Source: Lytechinus pictus (Eukaryota). From it: a stretch of DNA of 64,000 nucleotides. The notes under the pieces were generated by a model that ran no database searches, was not told where the DNA came from, and saw only the letters and a list, made by a program, of their open reading frames with translations. Both the position numbers and the translations under genes were made by a program. Position 1 is the stretch's first letter. Each line of letters opens with the position of its first letter. Shown here piece after piece: positions 41,001-52,742 of the stretch. The stretch is from assembly GCF_037042905.1 (NCBI RefSeq), contig NC_087246.1, positions 5,892,001 through 5,956,000 on the forward strand, read 5' to 3'.

Positions 41001-41211
41001 GGACATCTACCCCCTGGACATCCACCCACCGGACATCTACCCCGGACATCTACCCCCTAGACATCTACCCCCGGTCATCTACCCCCGAACATCTACCCCC
41101 GGACATCTACCCCCTGGACATCTACCCCCTGGACATCTACCCCCGGACATCTACCCCCAGACATCCACCCCCAGACATCTGCTCCCCGGACATCCACCCC
41201 CCGGACATCTA
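41001..41211. repeat. 15-bp minisatellite (GGACATCTACCCCCY) x about 14
   Basis: Tandem units seen directly; source of the GHLPP/DIYP ORFs. Confidence 0.9.
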
Positions 41212-41354
41212 ACAAAAAATCATGCGAGCGCGTAGCGCTGGATAAAGTTTTTTTTATTGTCAGCACTTTTTAGTGAGCATGAACATGGTGCGTATCTCTT
41301 CAAAAATTTATTTAATGACACTAATGGTCAATACAACCAGTCGGCAGTAGCAGC

Positions 41355-42460
41355 CATAGGTGGATCCAGGGGGGCCCAGGCCCCTCTTTTGGCGGAGCAG
41401 AAAAAAAGGGGGAGAGAAAGAAATAGAAAGGAAAATAAGAGCAAGAAGACGAGTGAATAAAATAAGGTGAGGGGAAGACTTGGAAAATACACACACACAC
41501 ACACAAATTTCATGTCACTATACATGTATAAACTTTTCGCTCGCATTGCATGTTCGATGAGATAGGCCTACAAATCTTGCTCAATAGGCTGATGTGGAGC
41601 TTAAAATTTCAAGTTTTGAAGTCATTATACAAATTGAAAACATATTTCAGCTCAAACATCGAGCTTTCATTATTTTGTTTGATTTATAAATTGATTTTAA
41701 AAAATGCTCTGTAAAATGTCCATTTTATGGTCTGAGTATCAAAATTTTCAGCTCGCGCGGCGCGCTCGCATTATTTGATTTATCAAGTACCTATTCTTTT
41801 CGTGCAGGGGCGGATCCACATTTTCCCCGAGGAAAATTTGACAAGCAAAAAAACAACAAAAAAAAAACAACAGGTCCTCTGTTTCAAAGGGGGGAGCACA
41901 CTTAAAACGGCAAATTTTCTTTTATCATGCCTCTCAAAAGTGGAGGGGGGGGCACGGGCTGGATCCGCCAGTTTCTTCATGTATTCCATAAAGTTATCAA
42001 AATATCCCTTTTCAGGTCTGATTGTCAACACCCATCAACTAGCGCTGCGCGCTCGCATTTTGATTGGTGAGTCTTACCTCTATAACAAACTACTTAAAAT
42101 CCCCTTTTCATGACAGTTTATAAAAAAAATGTCGGCTCGCGATTTGCGCTCGCATTATTTGATTATTGGAATATGTATCGTCTTCGTGGCTAACTGCAAA
42201 CAGTCCTTAGAATGTTCAATTTTCAGGACAAAATACATGAGATTTTCAAAATAATTTAGCTCGCGCTTCGAGCTCGCACTATTTAAATGAGGCTTATGAG
42301 ATGACTATATATATTTTTTATAAGAATAAAGTTAAGAAGTAACATGTTATAACTACCCCTTCAAAGAAACAAACAAAATCAACTTTGAGCGGCCGATCGG
42401 CGAAAATGTGGGGGTTTATTCACCCCCCCCCCCCCATTGGCGAAAGCTGGATCTGCCCTA
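41355..42460. mobile_element. GGCGGATCC-type (hAT-like) non-autonomous element with a small sibling nested at 41805-41972
   Basis: Ends TAGGTGGATCCAG / CTGGATCTGCCCTA; inner CAGGGGCGGATCCA / TGGATCCGCCAG; repeated GCTCGCGC..GCTCGCATT motifs; another relative at about 43635-43877. Confidence 0.6.
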
Positions 42461-42464
42461 ATAA

Positions 42465-43625
42465 GCCATTTCGTAGTTCCATTATGCGCATGATCAGAGA
42501 AAGGTCATTGGTACTAAAGTGACTCGAGTGGTTTAAAATTTAATGAGATAAGCACCAACATTGATGTCTTAATTGATAATTCATATATTCTTTTGAATTG
42601 TGTTTTTCATTTACATCCACAAAAAAACAACAACAATGCGTCCTCGAACGACTGGTATTTCACAGTTTGCCAAGTACATTGTGCAACATGCTATAATATG
42701 CATTCAAAGTGGAAATGCAACGAATACCTTCATAGAGTATTCATTGGTGTGCTATTCTAGTCACCTGGTCTATTCAATTTCTTCATCCTGCTATGTAAGG
42801 CATGCTTACGTAATTTCTTGCTTTGAAATCTGCCTAACATGATGAAAGAAATGAAAGTAACTACGAACTATACTGATATTTCGCTTCTGCAGAAGCCAGT
42901 CGGCTCCGAACGGTTTATCGGCACGCCTCATGAAATATCACACCCCCCCCCCCCTTGGAATGCTTTTGTATTCCTATAGATTTTCAAATATATTGTGCTT
43001 GAGTTTTCCCCTACCCTCCCCAACACTCCCCTGGTCGAGAATATCCCGTCGCCGGCCTTGTGAAACAAAATATTGATACTTTCAGTTATTGCATTCTTAT
43101 AGGCAGTGTATGAAATACATCAGTTGAAAGAGTCACACATAGCAATTCACTTCACATTCTATATATTACCGGTAAATACAATAATGGGCCTACTCTTTAA
43201 AGGTGAAAGGAATTGCAAGAATCCAGGCACCTTCCCAATGCCATTAATACCAGTCCGTAGTTCCATTCTGCGCATGATCAGAAGAAAGTAATTTGAACTC
43301 AATTTGGCAGGTTTATTAAATGAGATAAGCACCAACTTTGATGTCTTGATTATTCATATATTCTTTTGAATGAATGCTTTTCATTATTTAGATCCACTGA
43401 TGCAGCAATGTGTCGGCCAAGTACATGCCAATGTGTTCAAATTAGAAATGCAACAAATACCTTCATGTGCGATTATATCACCTGGTATTTATATGCAATT
43501 CGATTCCGCATTATGCTATGACAGGCATGCTTACGTAATATCTTGCATTGAAATTTGCCTATCCTATAGAAAGAAAAGACAATTCATTTGAAAAAGCTTG
43601 CCCATGAGGTATAACTACGAATTGG
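42465..43625 (+). repeat. Two diverged direct copies of a 370-400-bp unit (about 42465-42868 and 43250-43625), each with short inverted ends
   Basis: Shared blocks CGTAGTTCCATT.TGCGCATGATCAGA, AATGAGATAAGCACCAAC, TTCATATATTCTTTTGAAT, GGCATGCTTACGTAAT and TAACTACGAA. Confidence 0.85.
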
Positions 43626-43920
43626 AATCTCATCATCTGCGGATCTAGCCTTTTTTTTCTTTTGCTATAAGGGGGGTGGGGGTGACAAGTGTTGGTTTTA
43701 CCCAATGAAGAAGAGCTCCGACGTACTGCGTCCTAAACATGAAGATGTATTGTCCTAAACCATCCTCTGCTTGGGCGACTCTCGTCAGCAAGAAAAGGGG
43801 TGTTGGAGTTTGATTCCCTCTCCCGTCGGGAACTGAAGGGGAGGGGGTTAACCCCCTAACCCCTAGATCCTCCTCTGCTCATTGCGGAACCAGTTATTTG
43901 ACCATTACGTTTTAAATAGC

Positions 43921-44040
43921 CTATTGGTTTGAATATTTAAATCATGTGAGGAAGAATGCTATTCAAACGGATGCGCATGGTATGCAGGGAGCTCAAGCTG
44001 GAAGGACATAAATACTAGTGATTCTTAACTTATCGTCACA
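43921..44040 (+). promoter_or_regulatory. Candidate core promoter of the FAS1/YP30-like gene
   Basis: Inverted CCAAT (ATTGG 43923-43927), TATA-like CATAAATA at 44007-44014, Inr-like TCACA about 25-30 nt downstream and about 70 nt before the ATG. Confidence 0.5.
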
Positions 44041-44108
44041 CCTTGTCACTACTGCTGGCCTGCGGAACGTCCCTCTGCGTCTTCTCCTGCACCACCAAGC
44101 ATCCAGTC

Positions 44109-46439
44109 ATGAAGTCTTTCGTCTTTATCTTGGCCGTCCTCGTCGGGGCAGCTGTTGCCATCTCTTCCGATGACTTGAAGCAACAGAACACGGACATCTC
44201 GTCCGAGGAGTACCTGAAGCGGGTCCTCCAGGGCCCCGTTGTCTCTTATGTCGGGAGTGATAGCAGGGACATTGCCGAGAAGCTACAAGATCTTGAGCTT
44301 CGTGAGGCAGCAAAAATCGCAAAGCAGGTAGACCTGATGCAGATCCTCCGGGACAGTGACATCCGTAAGTTTATAATTGACTCGTTGACTATTATTATAT
44401 TTTTTTTCGTGGATGAACTGATGAAGAGTACAATGCGGTGAAACGCAAACCCATCTGAAATTAGAATGAGTGTCTCGAGATTATTATATACATGTATATA
44501 AATAGCCAATCAATGACCATTTTACTTTGCCCTTAAACATACATTTTTATTTAGACAAGCATTTTGACCATTGTATTTGTCAAATCGAAATAGAATTACC
44601 TTGTACCCCTTTGCATTTTTATCTGAAAAAATCGTACAAAAATTCCTTTCGTTTTCTAGCATCGGTCACATTGTGCATGCCCAGTGACAAGGCTGTCCAG
44701 AAGTGGAGGCAGGGGCTCCCCGAAAGGCAGATGCCGGAGAGGGAGAGCTTGAAGAACCTGGTCAAGGCTTGGATCATTCCAAAAAGGGTCGTGTCATCAG
44801 AGGTCACCAATGACCAGAAGGTGGAGAGCTTGAATGGCGCCAAGCTGAGATTCAACATCTACAGTGACGTCAAGAAGGTAAAATTGCCTAATATAATAAA
44901 TTAAGTAGGAAACTATTTTCGAGAGGTGTAAATGTTAGTGCATACCAATTACCAATTAAAGTATAATCTTGTTTTTATACAGTCTTGCAACAAACAAAAT
45001 TCACGTTATATACTCTCATGATTTTTCTTTTCTTTCTAGATCATCACCGTGAATGGAGCGCGAATCACTAACGACATTAGAACATCCGCCAACGAAATCA
45101 TCCAGGTAGTCGACAAGGTCATTTATCCACTTCCTGTTGGTAACGTCATCGAAACCTTGGACGATAACGGAGCCTTCTCCATCATCGTCGATCTCGTGAA
45201 ACGGGCCGAATTGGTAGCTGAACTTGGTAAGTTTGCCTATAATAAGCTTGGGAGAACGCAGGCACACACCCAATTCGTTCTCTTATGAATTTATACAATG
45301 TACTTTTTAAAATTATTTGGATTTTTACAAGGAGTTTTAATCTTCATTTGACTATGATAGACCCAAAACTTTCTGATAAAATACCAAATCACCATATTTT
45401 CTTCTGTCCCGTTGAAACATTTTGTTAACCTGAAGTGAAATAAAATGGTAACCTATAATATTCATTGGTATTACAACATTTAAAACGTACATTTTTAAAA
45501 TAGGCCCTACTAAGAATGTACATAACCTTATTCGTATTTCATATTGTGTCAGAATCGGACCCCATCACGGTTCTTGTACCAACCAACGACGCCTTCCAAG
45601 CCCTCCCATCAGGTGTACTCGACGACCTCCAACGCGACAACGATAAGCTTCGAAACCTGCTCAGATACCACGTCATCTCTGACGTTAGATATTCTGCCTC
45701 CTTGTCGTCTGGACAGCGAATTCGTGCTTCGCAAGGAAATGATATTTCTGTCACCCGTGATGCTAATGGTAATATATTTTCTTACCAAGGTGTAGATCAA
45801 ATATTGACCATTGGGGGCAACAAAATAAGGCGGGCACCAATCTCATCCATTTTTTTTTTTAATAATGGGTCCCCTTGCATAAAAGTTATTATGGTAACTT
45901 TGCCATGAAATGGTAACTTGCATGGAATCCTTGATTTTGATTGGCTGTGATTGATCATCGTTACCATGCTTGATCAAATAACAATTTTTTTCTACCTTGC
46001 ATGAATATTTTTAAGTCGCTTCAAATTACTAGCTACACTCTAAAAATATTGGGTACAAGTGCTGTGCTCCATGAGGGTAATGTTTCCAACTAACATTAGG
46101 CATTTCTTTTGGGCATTTTTATTTATCCAGTGTGAAAAGTTTGCCCATTTTAAAGTAATTGCTGCTTATTTTTTAACCTTACTGGACAATATGTTCCCGC
46201 ATTGAGTAAAATATTATCCCAAATTGGTTGGACATAATTTCCCTCATGATATTACATTTTTAAAATGTGAACAAATTATAGAAATTTCTTTTCTTTCAGA
46301 CCAAATTATCCTGAACGATCAGAGTGAACAGTCGGAAGCTCCACGAGTGACCTTACGTGATATCCCGACCACCAACGGAGTCATCCAAGTCGTCGACCGG
46401 ATCCTTCTCCCGCCTCGAAGACACTTCGTTCTCCTTTAA
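44109..46439 (+). CDS. Secreted protein with two fasciclin-1 (FAS1) domains, sea-urchin yolk-granule/hyaline-layer YP30/HLC-32/EBP-like, 338 aa; join(44109..44364,44660..44877,45040..45226,45553..45768,46300..46439)
   Basis: Signal peptide MKSFVFILAVLVGAAVA, short pro-region ending YLKR, FAS1 motifs TLCMPSDKAV / ITVNGARI / IIQVVDKVIYP and ITVLVPTNDAFQALP / LLRYHVI / DIPTTNGVIQVVDRILLPP. Five exons join in phase (1017 nt). The FAS1 call is solid; YP30/HLC-32 orthology is from recalled similarity. Confidence 0.9.
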
Positions 46440-46493
46440 CCCAATCAAATTGTGCCATGATACTGCCCATTCAGTAAACATAATTATGGGTTT

Positions 46494-46561
46494 AATAAAC
46501 CTCAGTTAATTTGTATTTCAGATTTCTGGTACCTCGTTCTGTATTTCAAAACGGAAATAAA
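46494..46561 (+). other. Polyadenylation signals of the FAS1/YP30-like gene
   Basis: AATAAA at 46494-46499 and 46556-46561, 55 and 117 nt after the stop, followed by T-rich sequence. Confidence 0.5.
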
Positions 46562-48159
46562 ACTACCCATTTCTATATTATGTAACTAAAGAATGGTCTA
46601 TTACTTGGATTTTTTTTTCAGGTTGGTAATTTGTTTTTAAGAGAAAGATAAAAAAACGCGGGTGGGTCATGGGGCGCTCGACTAATAAACTGTACACTGG
46701 GTTACGATCGTCTTTATTCTAAAATGAAACAAAGATTTTTTTAAATCAAAACATTTTGACACCTTATTTACTGCCCCCATGTACAAAGTAATTTCTCGAG
46801 TGCCCTCCTCCCATGGTGGTATTGGAAGAATGTAGAATGAATTGTAAGGAGGAATAGTCGTGATTTTATAAAAAATTATGTTCTCTTCCCACTCATTTTT
46901 CTAGTTCACCCTTTCTCTCTCTCCACTCCCCATTTAGTCCCCTATCATTCATGCCTTAGCTTTCTTTTTTTTTCTCTCGCATATTTTTCTTCCTACTATC
47001 ATTTCTTTTCACTCCCCTCCCCTACTGGAAAGAACAATGCCATGCAGTGAGCCTATCGGGTCTATATAGGACAATGTGAATCACCTTCACACTGTTCCTT
47101 TCCAGCAGGGTCGTTTTGTCTATTTACTGGATTCCCTACTTCTCTAGTTTCACCATTCTCCGAGTGTATTTTCTTCAAAGGGCAATACGACCTGAAAATG
47201 ACGTCACTTTTCCCCCAATCGAGTTATAAGTACTATTGACCCCGTTTTCCTTTTTTATTCGCTCGGTCTTCCCTTTCTCCCCTTGTTATCTGGCATATGA
47301 ATACTTAGATGTAGAGCAGAATTGAATTACCCGATGCTCATTTCATGCATTTGTTTTTCATTGCCTCTGATAAAAAACCGAGACGCCATCATGTTTATAC
47401 GAGGAGTCCACATCTAAGGTAGATCGTGACCCGAAAAAAATTGTTTAGTGAATTACTGATGCTTTTTCTACGCTATACACCTACGACCAGCGATGTTTAT
47501 ACAGAAAACATAATATTTATAACGAATCAACACTTAATTTGTTCTGATACTAATTACCAAAGGCGCGGGACGGACGGGGTGGGCAGACTGGGGGTGTCAA
47601 AAAACTGTAGATTGGCAAGACACATTTTTGCCCCCCGCCCTATAATAGGGGACGAGAGGAGCGACAAAATGGTATATAATTTATTGGCGGTTTTACCGCA
47701 TTATCTCAGCTGGTATTTTTGGATGCGGCATAATTCAACGACGTTTTAGCTAAATTGGGCTACAGATGAAACGTGTGGATCAGACCACCGGCTCGGTATC
47801 TATCAGTAACCCCAGATAGGCATTTAAACAATACTGATCAGTGTTAAACCAATTACACTAAGTGTTCAAAAAACACATTTTATTATTTTACCCCCTCTTT
47901 TTTATTTTCGATTTGATAGTTTCGTCTTCAGAAGTTTCTTATCCAGAAGAAATAAAGGGTCAAGAAGAGGTCATATGGGTCAAAGTGAGCTCATTGGGAA
48001 TAATGTGCGTGGGCGCGTGCCTGTATGACTGCGTCCAATCTATATTTTGGATATTGATGATTCAGGGCATCCATCAAGTGTATCACAATTTGACAACGCA
48101 CATGAAAGAATATGCAGTAGTATAGGACCTAACCTATATTAATAAATTAGGCACACACT

Positions 48160-48402
48160 AGGGTCCCGTCTTACGATTGATCCGATCAACCTCTACTAAT
48201 TGTATTTCTTTGTCAATCTTTTGTAAAGCAGGCCTTTGGGCTCTGAAAGGACTGCCCTGTTTTTAAATAAAAGTAAATAAATATAGAAATCCATATCTAG
48301 ATAATATTTTGAACATATGTTCATTTAAGATGTTGACGTTGGTTGCTTTCCATAGTTGTGGTTGATTGGATCAATCATAACTCTTTGTAAGACGGGGCCC
48401 CA
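48160..48402. mobile_element. MITE, apparently with a short retroposon tail inserted at about 48200-48281
   Basis: GGGTCCCGTCTTAC / GTAAGACGGGGCCC TIRs and inverted GATTGATCC.ATCAAC; internal AATAAAAGTAAATAAA tail. Confidence 0.6.
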
Positions 48403-49682
48403 GATCTGCCTTTCAGCCTAAATCATAGTTCTGTCTCATCGCTTTGTTTGATTAAAATGCTCCGAACTTCCAAGGTCTATATCTGCATGATGAACATAAT
48501 GACAGCTTTTAAGTTTCTTCAAAGAAGCAGAAAATGTTTCTAAACAGTCCTTCTGAACCGTGGCGTTTTTCGATTGACGAATGCGACATAAAACTTAAAC
48601 CTGGCTAAGTAGGGTGGATATCATGAAAGTAGAAGGGCATACCGGTATAAAGTTTCCCCCATTTCTTTTGAATTATATCGCCAAAGATTAAACCCTTTAG
48701 AATTAAGAACTTGACCAATACATCCCGGTCGATTCATCTTTTTTGTGATCCATGAATAAAGGTTTGGCCAAATATAAATTCACTTGAAATGTGCATTGAT
48801 GTGATTTATTTTGTTGGGAGTGTTGCTAGGTAATATTTTGCCAGGGAGTTGGGTATGGTTACAAGTGTGGGTGGGTGTGTGTGTGTGAGAGAGAGTGAGG
48901 GGGAGAAAGTGGGCGTGATGGAGCAAGAATAAAAAGAATGGGAGAAATAATGAAAGAGAGACATTAATCCCCCAGACATATGAATAAATCAAGAAAATTG
49001 ATCACAATTCACACTATTCTGATTGGCTTTTATTTAGAAATTAGTATCCATGTAAAAGTAAAGAGAATACGGGATAAAATAATACAATCAACGGATGGAG
49101 AATATCATTTCTCTTATAAGGCCCAGAGTTTAAATCACCAAATTATTTTAAATAATTAATTCACAAGTAATCTGTACCACGTATCGTAGTTATAATATTC
49201 ATTGATAAGTACACTTTGGATATCATTTTTCTTTGTCTTTGGTAAAATATATGACAAATGTAGCGTCTTTTCTCGCCCTTATACATGTTGACGAGTATAT
49301 AGTCATCGTGAAATTACAAATTCCCAGCATTAATTCACCATTTTTATTTTATTTATTGATCGAAGTTAGAGATTACAATTATTGCACAATTAAGAACATG
49401 AACCAAGATACTGAACAACTTATATGCAACCTAGCTAGTGTTTGAAAATAATACATATGAATTGATTTTCATATGAAAATAAATAGTAACATAACAATAC
49501 ATGTTTCATATTCTAATATATCGCATCTTGTCTATTACCATATATTGTTTATTATTGTTGTAATCTCTTTTATTGTTGACCTCATGGGATACCTCTATAA
49601 TTCGGTGATATGTGCCATCCTGTGTATATATCGGCAATAAAGGAATGAAATAATAAAGAAATAGATGAATAAATAAACAAAT

Positions 49683-49935
49683 AATATTAATAATAATACC
49701 AACATGCTTTATAGCGCATATCACTGCCAAATGCGTCCCTATGCGCTTAATTGGATATTATTATCCTGGCTGTAGCCCCAAAGCATTTCAAGGAATAAAT
49801 TCCTGCTAGGTACCCATTTACCTGATCTGGGTCGAGTGCAGCACAATGTGGATAAATTTCTTGCCGTGGCTGGATTCGAACCCACGACCCTCTGTTTCAG
49901 AGTCCGAAGACTAATCCACTGGGCCACAACGCTCC
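49683..49935 (-). mobile_element. tRNA-derived SINE (SINE2) with L2-like tail
   Basis: Minus strand: A box TGGCCCAGTGG, tRNA-Gln-like GGACTCTGAA loop, B box GGTTCGAATCC, core TGCACTCGACCCAG..AAATGGGTACC, tail AAGCGC..GCGCTATAAA plus (ATT)n. Confidence 0.9.
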
Positions 49936-50870
49936 TATATATAGCGTGGAGCTATAAAGTGTTATTTAACAGCAAGTATTTTCTCCAAGTAAATACATTT
50001 ATTCATTTTTTCAGCTTGATTAGAGTATAATCACTTAAGAATGAGCATTTTGCACGTTCGTGACAACCGTGTCTTATGTTGGAAGGATATTTACCAAACA
50101 TTATTTTGCCTTGTAATGTTGATATATATATATGTGGTTTCTCAGAAAATACTAGTCGATACAATTTTCCAGTTTTGTTAAAATATGCATACTTCAGCAA
50201 AAATGTCCATCCATTAAATCATTTTTTAGCATTAACTGCAAATCAAAGTTTTTAAGATAAGTTTGATAGAGATTATTGTCAAGCCTATATATGTAACTAA
50301 CATTTGGATTATAAATTGGATTTTAATTGCAAGAGAACCATAAACTCATGCAGCTAATTTATATCTCGTCCATCCGCTTACATTTCTCTGATTTGTATAA
50401 GAATAGGCACCATGAACTTTATAGTGATTAATGTTGCTGTCTGAAGGATCTAAAGTTGAATTTTTCAAATGTTCTTTCGTGACAAACTAATCACACTCAT
50501 TACTATATTCTATGAGCATTCTTTATAGTTTATATTGACGTGTATTTAGAGTTAAAACTGCACCTACAATATTCATGATATCATTTAACAACACAACTAC
50601 ATTTGACATTTTTCACAATTGAAGACAGATCAAAGAATAAAAAAAACTATAAAATCATAACAGATAGACAACTAAACTATTCCAAAAGTACAATTGACCT
50701 TGTCTGAGTTTATAGTAATTTCTTCACAAGGATAGCACCATGGAAAGAGTATAATGGTATATTTAGGATTACAACATTTAAGATATTCCAGCATGTTAAC
50801 ATAATAAAAAATGCAGTAGATGTACAATCAACAAACATATATATTCATTACACATTTTTGTTGAGCTGTT

Positions 50871-51370
50871 GTAGACCAAAAGCTTCGGTCTCTGTTATGT
50901 TGGTTGTTCAGCTGAACTCCGTTGGCTTCACTCACCAAATACAGAGACCGAAGTTCTAGCGCGATCTGTACAGGGGACTCAATGGCCATATGTTTATGTG
51001 TATTAAGTTCGGATAAAACAGGGCAGTGAAGTTGCGCGACAGCCGAGGTAAGTCACTGTTTTTGTTCCTTTTAACTTGATTTTCCCCGTTTTTTGGCAAT
51101 TGATGCCAAGAGGGAATATTAATTTGCATTTCGGTCGCGTTAATTTTCAAAAGTTTGATTCATTAAAGACAAAAATTGAAGAGCCCCGACGGGGGGATTT
51201 TGCATTGTAAGTCCCCTAATGGTGGCTGCACGATAGCGAGCCGTCTGTGTATGAGGAGAAATTTAAAAAATAACAAAATGTTAAAAAACTCCTCGAAACA
51301 GACGGCTGCCAGCTGTCTAGAGCTGTTGTTGCTCCCATTCAAAAGCGAAACATCGGGCGAAACATAAATT
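50871..51370. mobile_element. CpG-rich interspersed repeat with terminal hairpin; right boundary uncertain
   Basis: CTTCGGTCTCTGT / ACAGAGACCGAAG inverted pair; 50872-50936 matches the reverse complement of 32441-32504. Confidence 0.55.
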
Positions 51371-52742
51371 TTCAGACAGACAATGACGTATGTGACCTTT
51401 GACCCCCTAAATCTAATCAGATCTTTTATGATTAGTGACGATATGATTATTATCATTGTGATTATATTATATTGTCATATATTATCATATCATAACGTAG
51501 CATCAAATTAAAGCAGAGCAGCTGTTGTAAACACGCTCTCGACTATCTCTTTGAATAAACAAGGTGCCTAAACAGTGGTAAATACATATATTTTAGTGAA
51601 GATCTTCCAAGTTCACATCTACAAGAGTGAATTCAAGTTAAAGAAAAGAAAATCCTAATCTCATCTTTAAACAATATTACTAGCAAATCTCTTAGTCTCC
51701 CCAAAATAAAATCAATAAAAGTTTTTGAAATCCTCAAAGTGACAATAAAATACTAACTTTGATGTGGTTGGGTAATTAAAGCTCTAAATTAGGTAATTTT
51801 GTCTACATAATATACCTCCCTTGTTTGAATACTGTATCCTGTTCAAGTTTTGATACCATTACCTGCAATTGATGCTGAGGGAAGAGTAGAATTAAGCAGT
51901 GAGTGTCACATGGTGAAGACAAAGAATAAAACAGGAAAGTGATGCCATTAAAGAAGTTTGTGAATTTTGTGATTTTTATTTGAAATCATCAAACTTCTCT
52001 GTCCATGGAGCAAATTAACCAATACCACATCCAGTATCAATCCTAGCCTATCTAAAATAATGATTGTGTTATTTTTTTACACTTGCTGTGTCACTGGATT
52101 AGACACTGGCATGATGGTAAAAGGGAATGGGAGACTGCCTATACTGACTCTGTGACACAACATCTCATCATTGCAATCAGCAAAAGGGAAGCAATGCTAG
52201 CAAAATTTTCACAATTAAACAGTGACTAGTAGCAGCTCATCTGACAATAATTCACACATAGCAAAAAAAAATCAATTTCCATCATGATTATCATTCATCA
52301 TATCATAATTATCAGATGATATAATATGTTGTGCCCTTCGCTTCATCAGCAATGCTAAAAATAACAAGACATTCCTGAATAAAGTTATAAATAATAATAT
52401 TAATATATCCTTAAAAAATTAATAGAAAAAAAGAACAATTTTCCACATTTATATAGTGTTTCATACACCATGACAACATCTCTAGGTGCTTTCTATGATA
52501 TTTTCACAAGTTTTTATGATGTCCATTTCTCAACTATTATTCAAGTGTACATTTATGACAAAGCTTCAAAATAGGTTGACAATTTTTTTCATAGCATCAG
52601 TACTAATCGTGAATGTACAGTGGAAGACTTATTTTCTTTTTCTTTTCTTTTTTTTGGGGGGGAGGGTCTGTTTTAATGATGGAAGAAAGCCCAATGTATG
52701 CATGAGAATACCCTGACCTTTGTGTGTATTCGAGGGAAATGC

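Noticed and set aside
40858..41235. GHLPP/DIYP repeat protein ORFs, or a CRISPR-like array
   Set aside because: Translation of a 15-bp minisatellite; no unique spacers, no cas genes, no splice support.
49860..49935. tRNA-Gln-like gene on the minus strand
   Set aside because: The anticodon stem is imperfect, there is no oligo-T terminator, and it continues into a SINE core and tail; it is a SINE head.
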